Origin: Octopus bimaculoides
Taxonomy: Eukaryota
Reading direction: 5' to 3'
Assembly (NCBI RefSeq): GCF_001194135.2
Contig: NC_068988.1
Coordinates: 931,906-993,139 of the forward strand
DNA length: 61,234 bases
Part shown: piece by piece, positions 23,000 through 31,800 of the stretch
Numbering within the stretch: position 1 is the first letter of the stretch
Layout: each line of letters opens with the position of its first letter
Made by a program: the position numbers and the translations under genes
Notes under the pieces: generated by a model
The model's database searches: none
Told to the model about the DNA's origin: nothing
Seen by the model: only the letters and a program-made list of their open reading frames with translations

Positions 23000-25900
23000 G
23001 CGTATCTTTGTGTTTGTCTCCCACCACCACCTGACGACCAGTGTTGGTGTGTTTATGTCCCTTTAACTTAGTGGTTCAGCTAAAGAGACTGATAGAATAA
23101 GTATCAGTCTTAAAAAAAAAAAAATATCCAAGTACTGAGGCAGACAAAAGATCCCTTTTAACAAAGAGATAGGATAGTTGAGAGGGTAGTGGTTTTATGC
23201 GAGCTGTTGAGAGGAACATTTACAATTAAAGACTCATAGAAAGCACCCAATCCACCCTACTGGGTGGTTGGTGTTAGGAAGAGCATCCAACTGTAGAAAG
23301 AATGCCAAAGCAGAAAGTGGAGTCTGGTGCAGCTCCTGTCGAACCGTCCAACCAATGCCAACATGGGAAACAGACATTAATTGATGATGATGATACATTC
23401 ATAAATTTTGTTAATGTACCACATCAGTATTTGCAGAGCTTACTTTCAAAACTTGATATATGCATCAGAACGACACTTGGGTAATTGAGGAAATTTAGCA
23501 ACTTAAATATGTCTGATTTTGATTGGAAGACTCAAGACTTGCCTCCTGTCTATATGGCATTTATCCCAGTTTGAGTGAAAAACATTTCACGTGCGTGAAG
23601 CCAGCAGATTGTGTTTTAATGGTTGTCCCGAGATTGCCCAAATATGCTCTTGTGCCGGTTCTGAGAGTGAGCTCCTCCTTTCAGTTCTTTCCCATACTGG
23701 CACAGATTGAATGGGTTTTGTTGCATCCGTTCTCCTTCGTCCTTCGGGAATGCAAAGGGCCAACATTGTGAAGCCTGCCATGTTTCATACAGTGACGAAG
23801 CAAATTTATGATTTGGTCTTCATTTCAAATTGAAACAAAAACTTTACATTAATATTGCAGCTGTGGATGAGGCATGGATGTTTGGTTAAGACTCTTGTTT
23901 CCCAATTGTGTGGCCATGGACCCTGTCCCTCTGTGTGGCCCCTTAGTGAAGTCTCAGGCTCTCCAGGCTTTTGTAGACAGAAACTGGAAGCAGCTTGTTG
24001 TATGTACGTGTAATCATGTGATGGTTGTTTCCAACCAAACCATCACCATTATACAAGCAGTTGCTTCCAGTCATCCATAGAAAGTATGTCTGACGAAGGA
24101 GAAATATTACTTTTGCTCAGAAACAGGTGAGGGTTGGCAACAGGAAGGGCATCCAGCCATAGAAAATCTGCCTCAACAAATTCCATCTGACCCATGCAGG
24201 CAGGGAAATGTGGACATTAAAACATTGACAAATTTCTTATGATGTGGACACAAGTTCAAATTTCGTATGAAGTATTGTTAATAAAATTGATATCATTATG
24301 ATTGATCAACTTGATCTTGGTGTATTACTGGTATTTTAGGATCCCTGGAAGGTGAAAGTGACCCTGGGAGAATTTTTAATCGGGGGGGGAAAAAGAAAAA
24401 TAACTATTTTGAATTTAGGATGGTTCTATGTTGCTCTTGTTTATTAACAAGCTTCAAAAATAGTTTCATCCTATCATGTTTAAACCAGCCATTTCTGGTC
24501 CAGATATTCTGTTTTACATTCAAACTAGCCAGCTCTAGCCTCGTACACTACAATGTCATTCTCAAGATAATCAGATTACTGAAATCGCAATGATATAATG
24601 CATGACTAAAATCCCAAACAACAGGAATAAATAAGCAATCCATTTGGCAGAGTAATCTAAACCCTTGAGGGTTAAATATTGTTTGTAACGTATATGTCTT
24701 CTATATTCAGATACTGCAAGTAGCTGTCCTGATGATGAGTGGGAACAAGACTTTGCTGTGGATATCACGGAAGATGATCTAAGAAAAGCTCAAGAAGCAC
24801 TCAAAAATCTCTCCACAACTCCACTAAAAGACGTTTACAGAACATCTGGAGATATTGAGGTATTCTGTCCAAGATATTTTACTGACACACATTATTGTCA
24901 AACCCTACTTATCTTTCATCTTTTTTTTTTTTCAACATTTCCTTTATTAGCAATTATTAGGTTAATTAATCTAAAGAAATCATGCTATGAACTCTGAGAC
25001 CATTGCATCAAGCTCCATTTTTGAAGCTGTTTCTACAATTGGAAGCCATTCCTAATGCCAACCGCTTTACAGTGTATCCTGGGTACATTTTACATGGGAC
25101 TGGTTCTAGTGAAGGTCACCAACTCACAAGATATGTTTAAACTTTATGAAAATAATTATCTCAAAATTATACCTCCTGTTCAAATTGGTTTCTCTTATTC
25201 ATCAGAGTTCAGATAAACATGGAACATGGCCATTAATTGATGATGATAGTTGAATCTTTGTCTTCAATTCACTTTTCCATTCAAATACAATAGAAATTGG
25301 TTTTCTTTGATTTATTGGCAGCAACTCTATATTCTTCTTCCTCAGTATGTCACCAAACTCTTTCACAATGGCAAACATCCAAATACTTTTATTGCATCCT
25401 CCAAAACTTCTGTGCTTCCCAAAATTCATCAACAGTACACCTGATGCTCTCTACGTTTTTCCTAATGATTCCGTGTTTGCTTCCTATATAAATGTAACTA
25501 AAAGTCCCTGCACTTTTAGTTACATTTCTTAAGGAGTTGTATGCACCTGAGCACTATCCAATTTCATTATTATTATTAAGGCGGCAAGTCGTCGTTTGAC
25601 GTCCACTTTCCATGCTGGCAATGGGTTGGACGGTTTGACTGACGACTGGCAAACCAGAAGTTTGCACCAGGCTCCAATGCTTAGTGGCATTCTGCGTTCA
25701 AATTCCACTGAGGTCAGCTTTGCTTCTCATTCTTTCAGGGGTCAATGTAATCAACTGGTCTCTTCCCCAGATNNNNNNNNNNCCACTGAGGTCAGCTTTG
25801 CTTCTCATTCTTTCAGGGGTCAATGTAATCAACTGGTCTCTTCCCCAGATTCCAGGCTTTGTACCTTTGGTAGAAAGGATTATTGAGTTTTTGCTTTTTA

Positions 25901-26432
25901 AGATTCCATTGTTTTGAGATCTATTGAGTCGAGTACATCAAAATCAAATGGAAATTGTGATCCCCGTGCCGGTGGCACATAGAAAGAACCATCCAAACGT
26001 GGCCGATGCCAGCACCGCCTTAACTGGCTTCCGTGCTAGTGGCATGTAAAAAAAAGCACCAACCGATCATGACCCATGTTGGTGGAACGTAAAAAGCACC
26101 CACTACACTCTCAGAGTGGTTGGTGTTAGGAAGGGCATCCAGCTGTAGAAACACTGCCAGATCAGGCTGGAGCATGGTGCAGCCTCCTGGCTTCCCAGAC
26201 CCCAGTCGAACCGGCCAACCCATGCCAGCATGGAAAACGGACGTTAAGCGATGATGATTTGACAGAGCTGATTTTTCCATATTGATCTGTCCACTTTTTC
26301 ATTGAAGTTTATTTTGATTAATTATTTCACATAAACTATCCCATTTACCATCTAATCTTCACTAAATTAATTAATTAATACTGCTTCTTTCTTTTAATTT
26401 TTCAGGAAGAAGAATGGGAGAGCTGGGAGTAA
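5685..26432 (+). CDS. BSDC1: BSD domain-containing protein 1, 10 coding exons, 528 aa
   Basis: Join 5685-5695, 5820-5877, 7795-7911, 9505-9657, 13238-13405, 14500-14641, 18436-18819, 22318-22695, 24711-24859, 26406-26432 (1587 nt). All GT-AG and phase-consistent. Peptides FEFVKRDLAEF, DPGTYCNPP, ISELLVSN..IRALY, VSHTEFWHRYFYK, EWEQDFAVDITEDD and EEWESWE* match BSDC1. Confidence 0.92.
5820..5877 (+). CDS. BSDC1: BSDC1 exon 2
   Basis: TTTCAG| acceptor, GWFNSWIQSAKEK, |GTATGT donor. Confidence 0.88.
7795..7911 (+). CDS. BSDC1: BSDC1 exon 3
   Basis: SSTAFEFVKRDLAEFSNVIQSDT, AG/GT flanks, phase 0-0. Confidence 0.92.
8605..9190 (+). mobile_element. SINE family B copy interrupted by an RTE tail
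   Basis: Head and core 8605-8789, remainder resumes at ~9071. RTE tail in between. Confidence 0.7.
8790..9070 (-). mobile_element. RTE LINE 3' tail fragment
   Basis: CATCATCGTCGTCGTTTAACGTCTGCTTTCCATGCTGGCATGGG, reverse complement of the 3225-3270 tail. Confidence 0.8.
9505..9657 (+). CDS. BSDC1: BSDC1 exon 4
   Basis: KMQESLSHFLHGIS...YDRAQ, phase 0-0. Confidence 0.88.
13238..13405 (+). CDS. BSDC1: BSDC1 exon 5
   Basis: ARLHAIQVDPGTYCNPP...IRALYTNL, |GTAAGC donor. Confidence 0.93.
13615..13660 (-). ncRNA. Minimal type I hammerhead-like motif, copy 1
   Basis: GACAC CUGAUGA A GGCUG (10-nt loop) CAGCU GAA AUGU U GUGUU. Confidence 0.5.
13992..14037 (+). ncRNA. Hammerhead-like motif, copy 2 (G at cleavage position, probably inactive)
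   Basis: GACAC CUGAUGA A GGCUG (loop) CAGCC GAA ACAU G GUGUU. Confidence 0.45.
14500..14641 (+). CDS. BSDC1: BSDC1 exon 6 (BSD domain core)
   Basis: VPTTVSHTEFWHRYFYKIHQL contains the BSD FW signature. Long polypyrimidine acceptor. Confidence 0.93.
15720..16078 (-). mobile_element. SINE family A copy
   Basis: Same head, body and tail as 4842-5163. Confidence 0.8.
16440..16670 (+). mobile_element. RTE LINE 3' tail fragment
   Basis: GTGGTTGGTATTAGGAAGGGAATCCAGCTGTAGAAA...CAGCGTGGAAAACAG match to the tail at 3100-3270. Confidence 0.7.
17955..18260 (+). mobile_element. SINE family B, full-length-looking copy
   Basis: A-box TGGCTCAGTGG, B-box GAGTTCAGTTC, central TCCTTGAGCAAGTCACTTTATTTCAC block. 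Confidence 0.8.
18436..18819 (+). CDS. BSDC1: BSDC1 exon 7 (acidic linker)
   Basis: CCAG| acceptor, open frame, TCAG|GTACAT donor, phase 1-1. Low complexity, so homology support is weaker. Confidence 0.78.
19084..19129 (-). ncRNA. Hammerhead-like motif, copy 3 (U16.1 mutated, degenerate)
   Basis: GACAC CUGAUGA A GGCUG (loop) CAGCU GAA ACAC U GUGUU. Confidence 0.4.
19528..19573 (+). ncRNA. Hammerhead-like motif, copy 4
   Basis: GACAC CUGAAGA A GGCUG GAGGGUAUAU CAGCC GAA ACAU U GUGUU. Confidence 0.55.
20702..21597 (-). mobile_element. 5'-truncated RTE LINE spanning an N-gap
   Basis: Minus strand 21597-21309 translates to FRYLGDQVSSGGGC...RIAWAKFRELLPLL...LYDACVRTAMLHGSETW (RT C-terminal region). 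The same family's tail is at 20702-20933. Confidence 0.88.
20934..21308. other. Assembly gap. Others at ~25773-25782, 37524-37664, 41342-41351, 47478-47487, 48774-48950, 58042-58111
   Basis: N runs in the sequence. Confidence 1.
21739..22014 (+). mobile_element. SINE family B copy
   Basis: Matches 17955-18260. Confidence 0.75.
22318..22695 (+). CDS. BSDC1: BSDC1 exon 8 (Ser/acidic linker)
   Basis: TTGTAG| acceptor, open frame, AAAG|GTAATT donor, phase 1-1. Confidence 0.78.
22744..23115 (+). mobile_element. SINE family A copy with expanded (CA)n at 22904-22997
   Basis: Head GTGGCTAAGTGG...GGGTTCAGACCC, internal AC run of ~47 units. Confidence 0.78.
24711..24859 (+). CDS. BSDC1: BSDC1 exon 9
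   Basis: DDEWEQDFAVDITEDDLRKAQEAL matches the BSDC1 C-terminal motif. Confidence 0.9.
25915..26258 (+). mobile_element. RTE LINE 3'UTR and tail fragment
   Basis: Subrepeats plus CATGCCAGCATGGAAAACGGACGTTAAGCGATGATG. Confidence 0.8.
26406..26432 (+). CDS. BSDC1: BSDC1 exon 10 (EEEWESWE*)
   Basis: TTTTCAG| acceptor and conserved terminal W-E-x-W-E. Confidence 0.9.
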   Translation, partial: EEEWESWE

Positions 26433-26460
26433 AACTTATCATTTTATGTATGTATATAAC

Positions 26461-26466
26461 AATAAA
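26461..26466 (+). terminator. Candidate BSDC1 polyadenylation signal
   Basis: AATAAA about 30 nt after the stop codon. Confidence 0.4.
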
Positions 26467-27501
26467 TACACCACTATATAACAACTGTGACTGCTTTCGT
26501 TGTTTGGAACACTGAAAAACACCTGGCTAATGTATATATTATTTTTACCAGATGATAAACAACTGATCCTTCAATCTAGTTTCTTATTTCTTTACTCCTG
26601 AATTCACAAATATTGCTTTTCCATAATAGACTTAAAATGTCATGGCTTTTGGAGATTTCATGAATACTTGACATTTATCATATTCCATATTATTTTTCAG
26701 ATTTGCATCTCTTTGCATTGAACTCAAACACCTGTGATTCACAATGATCAATATAGATATTGAAAGTAAATGGTTTGATCAGTCTTTAGTACTTATTTCA
26801 GACAGAGATACATAGACATTAACATAAATCATTATTGTTAATAGGAAAATTAATTTCGTTGTTTTCCTTGCTTGCTTAATTTGTATAATGCAGAATAGCC
26901 ATAGATTTTCTTTAGCAAACCACCTGTGTTTTACCTTTTATCATCTTTTTAGCCCAGTTATAGGCAAATTGCAGCCATGCCAAATCAGAGTGGAGTCTGG
27001 TGAAGCCTTCCAGCCTTGCCATCCCAGTCAAACCGTCCAACTCATGCCAGCATGGGCAATGGATGCTATATAATGATTATATATATATATATAATGATAT
27101 ATACATAAGTCTACTAGACATCAGTTTTTCTACCGGGATTTTCTATTCATGCATGCACACACAATGGGCTGCTTTGAAATTCACTCACAAGGCATTGGTC
27201 AGTATGGAGCTATTGTAGAAGACGCTGGTGCTTTCACTGTTTCCAGTTGCCTGGGTGTACAAGTGCAAGCAGTCAGATACCCTTTTGCCCCCCCTCCCCA
27301 CACACACACCTATATATATATTCAAGATGCAACAACTGGAGAAATAAGAGAGCTACACGAGCACCAGGGTTGTTCCTCATTTACAGCTGAGTAGACTGTG
27401 GCAACATGATATGCAGTGCCTTTGCTCAAGGACACAACATGCAACTCAGTCCTGAAATTGAACTGATGTTATCATGTGTTGAACACCTTAACCACTACTC
27501 T

Positions 27502-27503
<2 letters not shown>

Positions 27504-27558
<55 letters not shown>
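27504..27558. repeat. (GT)n microsatellite
   Basis: Uninterrupted GT run. Confidence 0.95.
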
Positions 27559-27559
<1 letters not shown>

Positions 27560-28816
27560 ATTTACACAGGTGCATGGATGGCAGGTAGATAAATCTGCTG
27601 TAAAATCAGATTATTTTGGTTTCAATCTCTCTCTGTTACACTCTTACTTGCTATAGCTTTGTGAAATATAATATTGTGTGTCTGTAAAGGATGGCAGAAC
27701 AAGTGCATCACGCGTTCAACGTCAGTTACCTCCCTTTAACGACAAAACCTGGAATACTTAAAGGTGGGGCTCCTGTGTGGATTGCAACCACAAGGTTTCT
27801 GGTTCAGTCCCACTGAACCACTTTGGATAGATGTCTTCTATTATGGCCCCCAGGCCAACCTTGTGAGTGAATGTGGTAGCTTGTGTGTTCGTCCCCTAAC
27901 ACTGCTTCACAGCTGATGTAACCTAGCAGTCTGACAAAAGAGACCAATAGAATAAGTAACAAAGTTGTAAAAATATAAGTATTGGGTCAGGTTGCTTGAC
28001 CAAACTCTTCGGAGCAGTGCCCCAGCCTGGCCACATGCCAATGGCTGAAACAAAAGAAAAAAAGAGAGACACATATGTTATATATATGAATGAATATACA
28101 TTGAGAAAAAGAAATTATACATATGGATCTATATTACATGCAATATTCTGCAGAAACTTTCATGAAACTGAAGAAGAGACAACTGTAAATTACAAAAGCT
28201 TGATGCAATGTGGGTGTACACACACACACACACACACACACACGTTGGATAAATCAAGGAGCTTGGTGGGGGTCTGTATGGGTAAGAGATTTTTTTGAAA
28301 ACAAGCATCAAAAGAGTAGTGACATTGCCATGGGGTTCTCTACACCCCATCCTGGACAGAGACCTTTTGCAGAGTAAAGATGACACAGGAGGGAATTTAT
28401 AAAAGTCAGCAGTTTTACATCATCTTTGCGAAACTGAGCAGCATCCAGTTTCTCAAAGAGGATGAAGAATAAACTTATTTCCCTTCTGTTATCTTTACCT
28501 CAAAGAATAACACAGTTCATGACATTCAATACTCTACTACAGCAATTTCACTCTTAATTTCTCTCTCTCATATATATATATATATATTATACGCATGTGT
28601 ATAATATTATATGTTGTTCACATGTATGTATGGTAATTGTCATCTTAATATGCATCTCAGATTTAATTTTAAATTTCATAAAAAGTTACCACTTTACAAC
28701 TCCTTTCAGGAATCTCTATTGTTCAAAGAAATTTGGTCTCAAAATATTTCCTCAGTAATTCTGAAACCATTTTAAGTCTTCAAACTTTGTAACAACTGAT
28801 TTACCATTAACCATTT

Positions 28817-31800
28817 TTATTTTGGATTTTTGGAAAATAATTTTTTCTTTTTTTTTAAATTCCAAGAATTAGCAGGTTTCTTACTTGGAATGGTCATGTA
28901 ACCATCTGGGTGGACACTGTCCATGTAAGCAAGTGACCGATCATAAATGTATAACGGATGTTTAGGGTTGGTATATCTCTGGTCATCGTATGCGTAACAG
29001 GGTGGATGTTGTGATTGTGGTTCTTTGTAAAGATACGTGTCAGAAATCGCATCATCATATATAAATTGCTCTGTCATTATTTTATTCTCAAAGATTGTTG
29101 GCATCACTTGAGGGTCAACTGGTCGGGATACAGTTCTGGGGAATCTTGACTGAAAACTCTGGGTTCTCAGAGGAAATTTTCTGATGCCATAACTTAAATC
29201 ATCCATTGAGTAATTTGGTTTAAATCTATCAAATGGACTTCCCCATAAATAATTAGTTTCTCTTGCCAATTTCTCTCTAAACAAGGAATTATTTAATTCA
29301 TCAAAATTATTTGCATTGCTTTTATTCTCAGCAAATTCTAACCCTTTTGACTGGGCTGACACTTGCCAATTCTTAATATCTTCTTCTGAAATAAAATCTC
29401 CAACATAAGATGCTTTGGCGTCAGCATAAATATTCGTGAGTTTTTTCTGATATTTACCTGTCAATGGCAACTTTGAAGAATTATCGTCTCCAGCATCATA
29501 TATTCTCTGATCTGAACAATGTTTTCCAGACTTATTATTCGTATTAATACTTTCTCTAGAACATTCCTTTCTCTCTGTAGCTAAAGGCTCCAAAACGGTC
29601 AGATCTTTGAGATGTGAAAGTTTCTCTTTCTGACAAACTCCTAAAGTAATTCCTTTCTCTTCAAGACCCATTTTCTCCTCTTCGTTATTACATTTCCAAT
29701 CAATATTGGGTTGTAATCTGCCACTACAGGTACCGGATATCTCACACCCAGAACTGTTTTCACTTTCAGATTCTTCTGATTGGTGCAGACTGTTTCGGCT
29801 GTTACCAATATTATTTCCATCAACATCTTTTCTAATTGATTCATTTACACCTTCATTACAGTTATTCCGATTAATTATTGGAATTTGGTCACAACTGACT
29901 CGAGGCATTTTCTGTAAACTTGCATCTTCTCTAAAATGTTTCTCAGCAGCCATCGTCGAACCATCTTGTATAAGATCTTTGGTAATATTTCTCTGTCTGG
30001 ATTTTTCAGAGAAGGCTTGGGTGCTCCCACTGAAACTGGAAGTATGGTGGTCAGATATTCTAGACAAATGGTCCAGTACATCAAGAGCCCAGTCACGATC
30101 ATCTGTAGTTCCAAAATTTGAAGAATTAACCTCATTATCCTTTTCAACATCCTCATCGTTATCCGCAAGATAATTACTTGATAGATTTACTCTTGCTTTT
30201 CTATCAGTTAACGATGTTTCATTTTGCACTTCTTTCGCAGAAATTTTCCCTTCTTGAAAATCCTTAACGTTTTCAGTGTTTTTATCTTCTAAATATTTCA
30301 CCTTTACCAAATTACAAGCAGCTGTGTCACTTTTCACCTCATCCAGTATATCGTTTGCACTCCGCCACTTTTTCCGATCAAAGAGATCGATGCTGCGTCC
30401 AAATTTGAACGGAGAATTAACAAAAGTTTGAATACGAAGTGGGCTTAGTTTGTCTTTTAACTTTGATAAACGGTTTTTATCCATAATGCTTATTGATTGA
30501 GATCGACCCAGCTTCAGAGGAGAATTCTTCAACTGTTGAATTGTTAAGGGACTTAAACGGAAAGCTTTGTTTAGTTCTTCGGATTTTATTTTCTCTTTAG
30601 GGAGATCTTTAGGAACTTGGGGTCTTCTAGGCTGTTCTTCAATGTCAGATTCACACAAAGAATTTGGAGAACAGCTAATAGGGTCTTCGTTATGATTCAG
30701 TGTTTTGGATACAATGGTATTATGGGAATCAGAATCATCAGAATCAGGTTTCTTAAACTCTTGGAATATTTTTGCATCAGTTCCATCTAAATTTTCATGA
30801 TTTTCCTGAAAACTGTTGGAATATTTCTTCTCTCGTGTTACTTCTGTCTTGCATACCTCCTTAGCAATTCTACCAAAAGATATACCTGCAACTGTTCTCT
30901 GTTCTTCATCAATAATTTCTTGGTTCTTTGTCATATTTTCTTTGATTCCTGGAGAAATTGGACTAATTGTGATTCCAGAATGAACGTGTAGGGACATTTT
31001 TTTTAATCTAGTCAGGTTTTGAGGAATGTCTTCCTCATTTGTTGTTTGAGATTTTGTAGCCTCAACCTCGGTCAGCTCGTGTGAAGAATCGACTTCCTCG
31101 GATGTTGATTGACTCTTCAACGATTCCATTTCTGACTTTAGATTATTTGTTTCAGAATTCAAACAATTGTCCAACGCTTCCAAATGTTTGGCTGCTTTGT
31201 CTTCGGCCGATCGAGCATCACCAACCGAATCTGGGAAACTGGAAAGTGAAGTAACAGAGGTTGTGTCCGTATCTGTGTCAGTTGAGTGGGAGGAGTTGAA
31301 CGGAACCGACAGAGACCGTTCTGGAAGATATGGATGCTTACAACTGAATAGCGGAGACTGATTGCTGTTAGGTGGGACACTAGGAAGCGCAGGTGTTGTC
31401 CTGTAAGACGGGCAGATTGCTGCAGCAGATTTTATTGTTTGAGAATCTGGAGGAATGGATAGATTGAAATCAGAATAAACAGTAAATTGTCCACGTGATA
31501 AACAACGATCATCGGCAATTGATTGAGTGGCAGTCATTGATCTTTGCCCTTTATTATAATTACAGTTCATACCTGGCATCACTGAAATCTCAGTACTTTG
31601 AGCATGCGGGTAGCTCTGGGTTTTACCATGGAAAGTGTAATCAGCTGGAACTGACGCTGGTCTGTTTGAAGACTCACCATATTGGGAGTAACATTCTTGC
31701 TCTTTGGGAGATTGATTTGGAATCACAGAAACCGATCTTACAGGAGACATGGTGAGATTTCTTAAAGCTTCTATACTGGTTACTTTATCTGGTGGCACCG

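Noticed and set aside
25705-25850. 68-bp direct duplication either side of a 10-N gap
   Set aside because: Identical copies flanking a placeholder gap indicate unmerged contig overlap.
26433-28816. Antisense overlap of the convergent BSDC1 and XKR 3' ends
   Set aside because: Each gene has a plausible nearby poly(A) signal (AATAAA at 26461, ATTAAA on minus at 28662-28667), so overlap need not occur.
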